From: a virus
Strand: one strand, 5' to 3'
DNA: 64,000 nucleotides
IMG/VR virus record: IMGVR_UViG_3300043184_000020
A program made the translations under genes and the position numbers. The notes under the pieces were generated by a model. It worked only from the letters and a program-made list of their open reading frames with translations. It did no database searches and was not told the DNA's origin. Of the stretch, positions 32,304-41,058 are shown one piece after another (position 1 is the stretch's first letter; each line of letters opens with the position of its first letter).

Positions 32304-34700
32304 TCACTTAGCTTCAGCGAAGTTATCGCTGATGACCGGTTCCGCCAAGATGGGGATGTCGATCTGCTCAGTGATGGGGTTGTTCTCCATAGCGTCTTGC
32401 AAGAGTTGTGCCGCCTTCTCGGCGTGATCCTCTCGCACGATACAGGTGATCTCGTCGTGAACCTGTAAAGCGATGTAACCGTCGATCTCAAATTCATCAA
32501 AGAGATCAGCGAGTTTAATCATAGCGGCGTTCGCCACGTGTCCGGCAGTGCCTTGAATGGGGTGGTTAGTTGACAAGTTTAGGTAACCTCTGTACTCGTA
32601 GTACGTCTTGGTACCAAACTCCTCACCGTAACGCTCCACCATCTTCTTCTTGCTCTTAAGCAGGGTGCCAAACTTTCGGTAGATCTCTCTCGCCTTCGGT
32701 AGTCGTCGGACCCGACCGAACGGAGTTTCGACCTTGCCACGAGTCGTGGCTCGAACGTGCTGGGTCGTGATGTAGTTCTTGAGTCCAGGGTAGGCGTTGA
32801 GATACTTGTCGATGATCTGCTGAGCTTCCATGTAGTCGACCTTCATGAGGCCAGCGATCCTACCCGCACCTGCGCCGTAAGCGACGGCGAGAGCGAACGT
32901 CTTAACCTTCTGTCGATACTCAGGCATGACCTTCTTCAGGTAGTTAGGAGCAGACTCGTCAGCGGATACGCCTTCTAGCCCGAACACGTCGATCGCGATC
33001 TGCGAGTACAGGTCAAGCTTCTTTCTCCAGATGTCCTTCAAGCCTTCGTCTCCAGAAACCCAGCTGAAGATCCTAGGCTCAAGAGCTGAGAAGTCGGCGT
33101 TTACGACCTTGTATCCAGGAGGAGCGATGAAGCCCTTCTTGATCCGCTTGTCGTCGCGAGGAAGAGTTTGCAAGTTCAAACCACCAGCGCAGGAGTAGCG
33201 TCCAGAAGTAGTTCCGAACTGGAGCATGCCTGGATAGAGCCAACCGTCGACGTGCTTCTCTAGAATTGGACGTACGTAGGTTGACAACAGCTTCTCGGTC
33301 TTCTTAAGCTCAAGCAGCTTCTTGATGAAAGGTAGGTCGTCGTAGGTTTCAAGTGAGTTCTTGTCGACCGTAGGTTTGCCGGTCTCCTTGGAGTGTGAAC
33401 GCGGCTCGACGCCGTAGCACTCAAAGAGTAGCCATGACAGGTCTTCGTTAGATGACAAGTTAAAAACGTGAGGGAGGTCGGGATCTTTCTCTACAAAGAT
33501 CTCCCGCTTCACGGCATAGCGAACCTGGTCCGGGATCGTCGGTGCGCCTTCAGGTAATGGTAACGGCACCTTGCGTTGCTTGGTGACCGTTATCTTAGTT
33601 CCGTCCGGCTGCTCAACCTCTTCTGTGTAAGTCTCTACGTCGAACGGAGGGTCGTAGAGTAACCACAGAATGGCAGGGTGCTCAGGAAAGGCTTCGAGAA
33701 GAGGTCGCAGCTCACTTTTAGCCAGTGTGGGCTTTCCCGTCCGTTTATTTGTAGGAATCGGGATCGAATAATGCTGCAACAACCGCTCGGCATATTTGCC
33801 TGTCCTGGTCTCCTTCACGGCTTCGTCGAGAAGTTGCCGAACGTAAGGTTCAGCTTTCTCTTCGATGACCGAGAAGATCTCACCAGTCAGCTTCAGTATA
33901 TCATCTTGGAGTTCCTTTTCCAACTTGCGGAAGTATTCTACGTCGACGAATATCCCACCTAAACGCATGGGTATGGTAGCCTTCTTGTAGAGAGGCATGA
34001 CCTCTTCGTCGTAGAAGAACTCTTCTAAACCTTCTTCGGACAGTTTAGGGTGTAAGTAGTTGAAAAGCTTGAGAGTTAGGTCGGTATCGGCACACGCGTA
34101 GGTCCCTATGATCTGAGGGTCCCCCATGTAGATGTCTTTGTTCTCTTTGTTCCACTTCCCACCGCGAGCTATGACCGACTCCTTCAGTAGCTGCTGTTCT
34201 TGGTTAGCTGCTTCCTCTGCGGTGAAGCCGATGTACTCCTTGTACTTCTCTGCGATCTCTTTGAGACCGAAAGGGCGCTCCTCGTCTAGCGTATGCTTGA
34301 GCACCGTGGTATCGGCTACCAGAGCTTCTGTCAGGTTTACCTTGTACCGATGATGGATGACCGCGATGTCGAACACTCCGTTGTGCATGACGAGGTTCTT
34401 CTTAAGAAGGATGTCGCAGAGCCACTGCATCAGGTCCTTCTCTTCCTGCTCGGGAAGTAGGGCTACTAGCTTCTTGTTAACCTCGTCCCACTCTCTCAGA
34501 ACGATGTACGCGCCTTGGTTCTCTTCCCAGGAGAACGACACACCGATGACGTTACAACGCACCTCGACGAGACCATCCGTCTCGATGTCGAAAGATACTA
34601 GGTCGTCTGCAGCTTCAAGCTCGTTAAGAAGAGCGATCGTTGCGTCGACGTTGGTTGTACGCACCACTCGGTACTGTTTGCCGTTCATCATCCCTCGCAT
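32304..34700 (-). CDS. family A DNA polymerase with 3'-5' exonuclease domain
   Basis: Exo I FDIETDGL, Exo II HNGVFD, Exo III YACADTD; Pol motif A DFSALEPRI, motif B RQKVKTFALAVAYG, motif C QVHDE. Confidence 0.95.
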   Translation of the reverse strand: MRGMMNGKQYRVVRTTNVDATIALLNELEAADDLVSFDIETDGLVEVRCNVIGVSFSWEENQGAYIVLREWDEVNKKLVALLPEQEEKDLMQWLCDILLKKNLVMHNGVFDIAVIHHRYKVNLTEALVADTTVLKHTLDEERPFGLKEIAEKYKEYIGFTAEEAANQEQQLLKESVIARGGKWNKENKDIYMGDPQIIGTYACADTDLTLKLFNYLHPKLSEEGLEEFFYDEEVMPLYKKATIPMRLGGIFVDVEYFRKLEKELQDDILKLTGEIFSVIEEKAEPYVRQLLDEAVKETRTGKYAERLLQHYSIPIPTNKRTGKPTLAKSELRPLLEAFPEHPAILWLLYDPPFDVETYTEEVEQPDGTKITVTKQRKVPLPLPEGAPTIPDQVRYAVKREIFVEKDPDLPHVFNLSSNEDLSWLLFECYGVEPRSHSKETGKPTVDKNSLETYDDLPFIKKLLELKKTEKLLSTYVRPILEKHVDGWLYPGMLQFGTTSGRYSCAGGLNLQTLPRDDKRIKKGFIAPPGYKVVNADFSALEPRIFSWVSGDEGLKDIWRKKLDLYSQIAIDVFGLEGVSADESAPNYLKKVMPEYRQKVKTFALAVAYGAGAGRIAGLMKVDYMEAQQIIDKYLNAYPGLKNYITTQHVRATTRGKVETPFGRVRRLPKAREIYRKFGTLLKSKKKMVERYGEEFGTKTYYEYRGYLNLSTNHPIQGTAGHVANAAMIKLADLFDEFEIDGYIALQVHDEITCIVREDHAEKAAQLLQDAMENNPITEQIDIPILAEPVISDNFAEAK

Positions 34701-36891
34701 CTTGTTCCTGCTGTTGAGCTAACCGCTTAACCTCAGAACTCAAGGTTTCATCTTTCAAAACTTCTTTGACTCGGTCGACCGTGGACTTCTCCTTGCTCTT
34801 AAAGATCCTAGGAGCACGATTCTCCTTAGGAGGCATAGAGCCAAACTTACCAGCACTGCGTCCGCGATCAGCTACCGGAACATCATCCTCTTTGTTAGGC
34901 TCGTCGAACCAGTTAAACTTCGGCCTGTCGAGACCAGCTTGCTCCATGGCTACGCAGTAGTCTTCAAACTCGTCTTGTCTAAGCTCGTACACGGTACCAG
35001 TCTTACCTTCCCATCCGAACACGTTCTCGCCTAGAGGACCGGAGCGGTTCTTTGCCACGTAGATGTGTATGTACTTATCTTCTCCGTCTACGCCGCTTCC
35101 TAGCGGTCTCCAGCACGTGAGCACGCAGGTAGCGTTCTCTTCCCAAGCTCCGGAGTCCTTCGAAACCCGGCTAGACCTGAGAGGGTCCGTATGGTCACCG
35201 TTCTCTCGAGAGACCTGAGCTAAGAAGAGGAAGTGACAGTTCGTACGCTTGGCCACGTCGTTAGCCATCATAGCGTTCTGGGTAGAGGAGGCGTATTGGT
35301 TTTCGAACTCGCCCATCAACCGACCAGCGTAGTCAACGATAGCTAGCTGAAGGTTGTCGTACACCTGCTTAAGACTCATCACGGTCTGCTCGATGTACTG
35401 AAGTGTGACCGCTGAGCTAAAGTCGAACAAGGTGAAAGGCATTCTATCCTTCACGGCCTTCATAACCTCAGCGATGATCACGGAGTTTCTAGTGTTCACG
35501 TTGAACGCAGCTTCGATCTGACGCTGAGAGTACTGAGTGTACTTAGCTCCTAGCTTCTCGAAGATCGAAGAGTCCGCCATGTCCATGGAGAAGAACACGT
35601 GAAAGATCTTCTGATCGTTCAGAGCCTCCATCGTCTGGATCATCAGAGACGTTTTACCTGACCCGTTTGCTCCAGCAAGGATGCTGAAGTTCTTAGGTCG
35701 AAGTCTGACTCGCTCGTCGAGCCAAGGTATGCCCATCTTGGGGTAGGAAAGCTTCGCCTCTTCGCCGTACTTGACGTACCTGTTAGCAAGCTGTTCGATC
35801 GAGATTACGTTTCGGATCTTGACCTTAGCATCGTTATAGCAAGGACCGTTACCATGGTCACACTTGGACTGCAGCAAGGTGTCGGTCTTACATGAGTAGG
35901 TACCGCCCTTCCAATCCTTACCGTACACCTGGTCGATCTCTCGGTTAACCTCGGCCTCGTCGACCTGGTTAGCTTCTGGAAACAAGGATGAACGGTTATG
36001 AAGCGCCTGTTCGATCAGCTCACCTGCATACTCACGAGAGTAGCTTTGACCCTTGTAGTACGCCGCAAGCCTGAGTACAGCTTCGTGCCTCTGACCTGGA
36101 GTGATATCACCTTGCTCTAAGGCGTATACGCAGCGCCTATGACCTGGAGGGCATAAGCTGAAGTCTACGATAGGCTCTGAGAAGACTTGCTCAGTCTCGC
36201 CATCCACACCACCCTCGCTGAGTCGTAAGGGAGTCTTACGCTTAGGATGAGCGACGATGTTGGCGTACTTTTTCTTGAGCGCCTCTGCGTCTACAGGCTG
36301 GATGTCGAACTCTTCCTCACGAAGCTCCTTCGCCATGTCCTTGATCACTTCCAGCTTAAGGTCTTTTAACTCCTCTATGCTGATAGGAATCTTGTACAGC
36401 TTGGACTTCTGATGCCTGGTGTTGGGAATTCGGAAGATCCGCGTCACGTTGTAAACTGAGGTGTCGAAAACGTCCTGCGGGACCCCAGCTTCCATGGCCA
36501 AGTTATAACACACCGCTGAGACCTCGGTGGGCAAGAACCTAGACTTGGTGTGAAGAATGACGTGGAAGCCTTTAGACCCAGAGAAGAATATCTCTAAAGC
36601 CTTTGAGAAGCCCAACCCAGCAAGATGATCACAGAGTGCGATGGCGGCCTTACGAGCCTTTCCAGTGTCCGTCTCTGAGTCGAGATCGAACCACAGGATA
36701 GACGAGTAAGTCTCTCCGTTGTACCCTTTGATGCTCTCTTCGTTGGCTTCCCAGTAGTCCTTGGCGTCCTCGCCGTAAACGTAGGCGGAGCGGTACCAGT
36801 CGACCTCGCGGTCGGTGATTACCTTGGACACATCCGAAGGACGTACCAGTACACCACGGTCGTTGACCGTTCGTGTTACCCGTACGTACAT
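34624..36891 (-). CDS. AEP prim-pol / DnaB-like helicase fusion
   Basis: AEP motifs WFDLDSE and SGSKGFHVILH; helicase Walker A GANGSGKTS and Walker B LAIVDYAG. Confidence 0.85.
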   Translation of the reverse strand: MYVRVTRTVNDRGVLVRPSDVSKVITDREVDWYRSAYVYGEDAKDYWEANEESIKGYNGETYSSILWFDLDSETDTGKARKAAIALCDHLAGLGFSKALEIFFSGSKGFHVILHTKSRFLPTEVSAVCYNLAMEAGVPQDVFDTSVYNVTRIFRIPNTRHQKSKLYKIPISIEELKDLKLEVIKDMAKELREEEFDIQPVDAEALKKKYANIVAHPKRKTPLRLSEGGVDGETEQVFSEPIVDFSLCPPGHRRCVYALEQGDITPGQRHEAVLRLAAYYKGQSYSREYAGELIEQALHNRSSLFPEANQVDEAEVNREIDQVYGKDWKGGTYSCKTDTLLQSKCDHGNGPCYNDAKVKIRNVISIEQLANRYVKYGEEAKLSYPKMGIPWLDERVRLRPKNFSILAGANGSGKTSLMIQTMEALNDQKIFHVFFSMDMADSSIFEKLGAKYTQYSQRQIEAAFNVNTRNSVIIAEVMKAVKDRMPFTLFDFSSAVTLQYIEQTVMSLKQVYDNLQLAIVDYAGRLMGEFENQYASSTQNAMMANDVAKRTNCHFLFLAQVSRENGDHTDPLRSSRVSKDSGAWEENATCVLTCWRPLGSGVDGEDKYIHIYVAKNRSGPLGENVFGWEGKTGTVYELRQDEFEDYCVAMEQAGLDRPKFNWFDEPNKEDDVPVADRGRSAGKFGSMPPKENRAPRIFKSKEKSTVDRVKEVLKDETLSSEVKRLAQQQEQDARDDERQTVPSGAYNQRRRNDRSS

Positions 36892-36904
36892 GTGATACTC
36901 CGTA

Positions 36905-37312
36905 TTAGTCGTTTGCTTTCGAGATCTTTCCTACGACGAACTCCTTGTCCTTGTCGCTGACTCGGAAGTCGACGAGAAGACGATCGCCCGTACGAAGCTC
37001 GACAGACTCAACACCTTTGGGAAGATACACGCTGCAGTTCAGCTTGATAGCCTCGTTACCGCGCATATCGTTAAGGATGGCGTCACGAGTGTCGTCGTCG
37101 ACCGACTTAGCAACCGTCAGGGTGCCAAGCTTGGTGAAGGCGTAGTCCTTGTTACCACGAGACTGGCCTGGACGACTCTCACCACGATCAGAGTCACGAG
37201 AGTTGCGGGAAGAATACCCACCACTGCTACGACGCTCCGAACCACCTTCCGAGCGGTTGCTTCCGCCACCACCACGGCTAAAACGCGAACTGTTACGCTT
37301 AAAGTTACTCAT
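36905..37312 (-). CDS. RGG/SR-rich protein with C-terminal beta-rich domain (possible ssDNA-binding protein)
   Basis: 55-aa N-terminus of R/G/S repeats; position between the primase-helicase and recombination-type genes. Confidence 0.3.
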   Translation of the reverse strand: MSNFKRNSSRFSRGGGGSNRSEGGSERRSSGGYSSRNSRDSDRGESRPGQSRGNKDYAFTKLGTLTVAKSVDDDTRDAILNDMRGNEAIKLNCSVYLPKGVESVELRTGDRLLVDFRVSDKDKEFVVGKISKAND

Positions 37313-37317
37313 ACTAC

Positions 37318-37779
37318 TTACTCCTCATTGTTTTTGCTCTTATTGAGCGGTTTGAACACACGTGCCGGTCGGAGAGACTTGGGAACCTCAGGAGAGTCAG
37401 AAACCTCCCGAGATCCCCTAGCGTCAGCCTCCGCCTTAGAACTTTTTCGATCTTGAAACTTAGCCATCTCCTCAGAGCTGGCGATAGACTTCTCGACCTG
37501 AAAACCTGCTAGCGCAAGCGCCCTACCTACCGACACCGTTTCAGTATATTCGCCAACCTTCTCACCGTCAAGGTTATCTAGGAAGGCGTGGCCCATAGAA
37601 AAGGGCTTATCGTCGTCAGGCTTACGGAAGAGCTTTGCTTCCATGACCAGACGTCCATCGATGATGCTGTAGTGCGTCTCGACACGGCCTTCTGGATGTT
37701 TACTCCAGAACTCCATGAGTCGAGTGTTTACGCTTACGTAGGATTCCTTATCAAAATCGTCGTCGTTTCGAAAGCTCAT
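37318..37779 (-). CDS. hypothetical protein
   Basis: 153-aa ORF; TETVSVGRALALAGF segment recalls phage DNA-binding/annealing accessory proteins, but this is not assignable by eye. Confidence 0.35.
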   Translation of the reverse strand: MSFRNDDDFDKESYVSVNTRLMEFWSKHPEGRVETHYSIIDGRLVMEAKLFRKPDDDKPFSMGHAFLDNLDGEKVGEYTETVSVGRALALAGFQVEKSIASSEEMAKFQDRKSSKAEADARGSREVSDSPEVPKSLRPARVFKPLNKSKNNEE

Positions 37780-37907
37780 GGAGCCTCCTTGGTGATCAGG
37801 GCTTTAGTTCCCCGATCGATCTGTTGTGGGTTGAAGTGCTTAGTTCCTAGGATCACTGCTGCGGCGAAAAGCGCTGCGATGACCACTGAATAGAATGACT
37901 CGGTCAT
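37776..37907 (-). CDS. small TM protein (43 aa)
   Basis: Track ORF trimmed to ATG 37907, 4 nt after AAGGAG; SVVIAALFAAAVILG helix. Confidence 0.45.
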   Translation of the reverse strand: MTESFYSVVIAALFAAAVILGTKHFNPQQIDRGTKALITKEAP

Positions 37908-37908
37908 G

Positions 37909-39012
37909 TTACTCCTTCGCTTTCTTGTCTTCGAGATACGAGATCTCTTCGAGCTTCTTACGACCCCAGCAGTGCTCGTAGAACTCACACGGTTTTCCGT
38001 AAGCCATACAGCTTGTGGGGTTCTTGAAGTTAACCTCGTTCTTGATGGCGGCCACGACGTTTGCGTAGTCTTCCATCAGGTCCTCGATCTCTTCTTCGGA
38101 ATACTCTTTGAACACGAGCTGCGTCTCTCCTCGAAGCTTAGCGATCGTGTACTGACCCTTGCCGCACTTCTTGCAGTTCTTGGCCATACCTTCGCGCTCT
38201 GCACCGCAGTTGTCGCAGGACTTGTCGATCTTAACCTTCTTGAGAAGGATGGCGTAACCTGCTTTGTTAGACCCGATCTCGTTACCAAGCGCGGCTACGT
38301 AGGTTCTGAGCTGCTCAGACGACTCAAGCGCATGCCGGTCGTAGGGGTAAGAAGCTGTCTTCAAGTCTAGGATCAGCCAGCCGTGAGTCTTGTGAAAGAC
38401 TACGTAGTCGACGTACCCAGAGATCTTGTCGCCTTTGTCCCCGACCATGGCGATCTCTCGCTGCTTTGCGAGATGCTCGGTCTTGGTCATGTCAAGCTCA
38501 GGAAGGATCTCACGCTCGAACGCCTCGACCATGGCGTTACCACGAATACGGCAACACTCCCAGATGACTCGGTTGTAGAAGGCAAGCTCGGAGTCGGTGA
38601 CTCCCTTAGGAGACTTGATAGCCTCACCAACCTCCTCGAAAGCCTCAAGCCATCGCTTCTCTGGTCCGATAAGCTCAGCTGCCCAAGCGTCGAGTTTTGC
38701 TTCATCTTGAGCGGTCGCGAACAGGTTCTTGTCGAAGTCTGACGCGTAGAACTGGATCTCAAGGTTGTCGAAGATCTGTCGATACTCGCTACCTTTGATG
38801 TGCTCGACCTCCCAGTTAGCCGCAAAGGCTTGCTGAGCGTCCTCTAACGTGCCGCCGTCCATCAGAACGTCAACGCCCTTCTCGACCGCCTTACCGAAAG
38901 GAAAAGCTGACGAGATGCGTCGGTCTTGCCAACGCTTCGAGAGGAAGAACTTGGTAGGGCACTGCTTGTACTTAGAAGCTCCCGAGTAAGAAACGAAAAC
39001 AGGTCTGCTCAT
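37909..39012 (-). CDS. PD-(D/E)XK nuclease, Cas4/RecB-like, with inserted zinc ribbon
   Basis: GYVDYVVF...ILDLKT nuclease core; N-terminal Cys plus C-terminal C-x6-C-x5-C (Fe-S-type); internal CDNCG-x10-CKKCG ribbon. Confidence 0.7.
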   Translation of the reverse strand: MSRPVFVSYSGASKYKQCPTKFFLSKRWQDRRISSAFPFGKAVEKGVDVLMDGGTLEDAQQAFAANWEVEHIKGSEYRQIFDNLEIQFYASDFDKNLFATAQDEAKLDAWAAELIGPEKRWLEAFEEVGEAIKSPKGVTDSELAFYNRVIWECCRIRGNAMVEAFEREILPELDMTKTEHLAKQREIAMVGDKGDKISGYVDYVVFHKTHGWLILDLKTASYPYDRHALESSEQLRTYVAALGNEIGSNKAGYAILLKKVKIDKSCDNCGAEREGMAKNCKKCGKGQYTIAKLRGETQLVFKEYSEEEIEDLMEDYANVVAAIKNEVNFKNPTSCMAYGKPCEFYEHCWGRKKLEEISYLEDKKAKE

Positions 39013-39119
39013 GATTGCACCGCCCAGTTAATTAAGGTTAGGGCAAAGAAGAGCGCTGCCCAGTGATAAGCCTTGTCTAGAAGATTTACTACGCACATGA
39101 TCGCCATGAGGTACGTCAT
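39009..39119 (-). CDS. micro-ORF, 36-aa TM peptide
   Basis: ATGA overlaps at both ends (GroEL stop and nuclease start); MTYLMAIMCVVNLLDKAYHWAALFFALTLINWAVQS. Confidence 0.4.
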   Translation of the reverse strand: MTYLMAIMCVVNLLDKAYHWAALFFALTLINWAVQS

Positions 39120-40777
39120 CCCATCAACCCCGCTAGAGGATTAGGCATTCCGTCCTTAGACTCGGCATCAGCTACGATAGCGCCTCCGGTCGTAAGAAGC
39201 AAGCCTACGATCGATACCGCGTTCTCGAGGGCGGACTTCGTGACCTTGAGGGGGTCGATGATTCCTGACTCGAGAAGATTTACGAACTCCTTCTTACGCG
39301 CATCATAACCAACGCCCGGTTTTCCTTCATAGGAAAGCTTGGTCAAGATGACCGAAGGATCTCCTCCGGAGTTTGCGATGATCCGCTTGATGGGCTCCTG
39401 AAGAGCCTCGTGCATGATCTGTCTGGCTACGGTGTTAGTGTCCATGGCCTGAGCGATCCGGTACAGGGAGTAACCTCCACCGGGGAGCACACCTTCCGTG
39501 ATCGCAACTTTTGCGGCGCAGAGCGCGTCTTCGATGCGGTCCTTGCGCTCCTTCATCTCAAGCTCTGAAGCTCCGCCGACTCGAATGATGGCGACACCGC
39601 CGGTAAGTTTACCGATACGTAGCCTGAGGTTGTCCTTGTCGAACTCGTGAGCGGTCTCTTCGAGCTGCTTCTTAAGATCGTCAACACGACTAAGCACAGC
39701 TTCCTCAGAACCTTCTCCGCCGTAGAACACGGTCTCTTCCGGACCGATTACCACACGCTCGCAGCATCCAAGATGCTCGTCTGAGATCTTTGACAGGTCC
39801 AAGATTCCTCGAGCCATGACGGTTCCGCCTAGGAGAGCCGCGAGATCTTCCATCATCTGGGTCCTGGTGTTAGGAGAACCATCGAAAGGGGCTTTGATGG
39901 CCGCGATGGGCATCTTACCTTGAACTCGTAAAGCCATGAGATGGTTCTTCACGTCGTCAGAGTAGTCGTAAGCGATGAACAATATAGGAAAGGGAGCTAC
40001 CTGAGGCATCCCACTCTCGTCTAGCTGCCAGAGTCTCTTAAGAACGTCAGACACCTCAAGCTCAGTCTTGATCTCACCTGCGTAGGTTAACACGGCGGGA
40101 CGCTCAAGATCGCAGATGTTGCGAGCACGGTTGTTCACCATGTGGAAGCCTAGAGGGCCAAACTTACGCCAACCTTGTTTGTAGTGTGCGCCTTCGATCT
40201 TCTCAAGCTTCGTGTCTCGGGAGTAGCCGTCTTCGAGCGAGATGTGTCCATCTTCGCCTACAGCCTTGATGGCTTCGGCTACGACCTGAGCAGTCTCCTC
40301 GTCTCCGTTTGAGGAGATGCGGGCCACGTCTACCAGACGCTCCTCAGAGATCGGTACCGACATCTTGACGAGGTAGTGAACCACTTCGTCCTTCAGCTGC
40401 TTAAGCTCCTCGTAGAGCCCGATGCCGTTGATACCTTGACGAACGTGCTTAAGCCCAGCGCGGAGCATAGCGTCCGCAAGTACGATGGAGGTGGTAGTGC
40501 CGTCACCGGCCTGGTTTACGGTGTTCTTAGCGACCTGTAGGATGGTCTGCGCGATGGTATTCTTAGTGTGATTACGATAAGTTACGTGCTCTGCGACGGT
40601 CACGCCGTCTTTGGTGATGACAGGAGACTTAGGGTTTCCGTAGGGATCGGTTCCGTGCTGCTCGAGGATGATCGGGTTACCGCCTGGGCCGAGGGTCTGG
40701 CCTACGATCTGAGCGATCTCAGATACGGTCTCCTGAGCGATCTGGCGGGCATCCTGAGCGCCTACGATCTTACGCAT
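39116..40777 (-). CDS. groEL: GroEL-type chaperonin
   Basis: AGDGTTTSIVLA, GGVAIIRVGGASELEMKERKDRIEDAL and EGVLPGGG match GroEL signatures; 553 aa; C-terminal tail PNPLAGLMG instead of GGM repeats. Confidence 0.95.
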   Translation of the reverse strand: MRKIVGAQDARQIAQETVSEIAQIVGQTLGPGGNPIILEQHGTDPYGNPKSPVITKDGVTVAEHVTYRNHTKNTIAQTILQVAKNTVNQAGDGTTTSIVLADAMLRAGLKHVRQGINGIGLYEELKQLKDEVVHYLVKMSVPISEERLVDVARISSNGDEETAQVVAEAIKAVGEDGHISLEDGYSRDTKLEKIEGAHYKQGWRKFGPLGFHMVNNRARNICDLERPAVLTYAGEIKTELEVSDVLKRLWQLDESGMPQVAPFPILFIAYDYSDDVKNHLMALRVQGKMPIAAIKAPFDGSPNTRTQMMEDLAALLGGTVMARGILDLSKISDEHLGCCERVVIGPEETVFYGGEGSEEAVLSRVDDLKKQLEETAHEFDKDNLRLRIGKLTGGVAIIRVGGASELEMKERKDRIEDALCAAKVAITEGVLPGGGYSLYRIAQAMDTNTVARQIMHEALQEPIKRIIANSGGDPSVILTKLSYEGKPGVGYDARKKEFVNLLESGIIDPLKVTKSALENAVSIVGLLLTTGGAIVADAESKDGMPNPLAGLMG

Positions 40778-40973
40778 CGGAAGACTCTCCAGGCTGGTTA
40801 GAAGCTAGGCGCTGAGCGTCCATGGCGGCTGCTGCGCGTTTGATCTCGGCTTCTGAAAGCTTGGAAAGGATGAACGCTTCAAGCTCCTCAACCTGGCCTT
40901 TACGGATGTTGGAAAGCTTTCCCTGCGTCACCCAGCTGTATAAGAACTTCATGCAATCGTCTCTTAGGTTCAT
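40770..40973 (-). CDS. hypothetical protein (not GroES-like)
   Basis: 67-aa helical ORF; ATG 40973 lies 7 nt after a -10-like hexamer. Confidence 0.45.
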   Translation of the reverse strand: MNLRDDCMKFLYSWVTQGKLSNIRKGQVEELEAFILSKLSEAEIKRAAAAMDAQRLASNQPGESSDA

Positions 40974-40980
40974 GTTTAAG

Positions 40981-41009
40981 ATCCTACCTTCTTAGTGGTT
41001 CTAGGTCAA
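40981..41009 (-). promoter_or_regulatory. promoter, TTGACC-N17-TAGGAT
   Basis: ATG 40973 begins 8 nt after the -10; no SD; divergent from the helicase promoter. Confidence 0.45.
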
Positions 41010-41023
41010 GAGTTTTTTATTAG

Positions 41024-41052
41024 TTGACTGTCTCACCGTGTTATGGCATCCT
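41024..41052 (+). promoter_or_regulatory. promoter, TTGACT-N17-CATCCT
   Basis: ATG 41059 begins 7 nt after the -10; no SD. Confidence 0.4.
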
Positions 41053-41058
41053 AGTTAC

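Noticed and set aside
32246-32500. 84-aa minus-strand ORF overlapping the polymerase 3' end
   Set aside because: It is an alternative frame inside the well-supported polymerase motif C/C-terminal region. The promoter-like site and ATG 32259 explain the junction without it.
40770-40973. 67-aa ORF upstream of GroEL as a GroES-like co-chaperonin
   Set aside because: It is too short and is predicted to be helical. It has no mobile-loop or beta-barrel GroES pattern.
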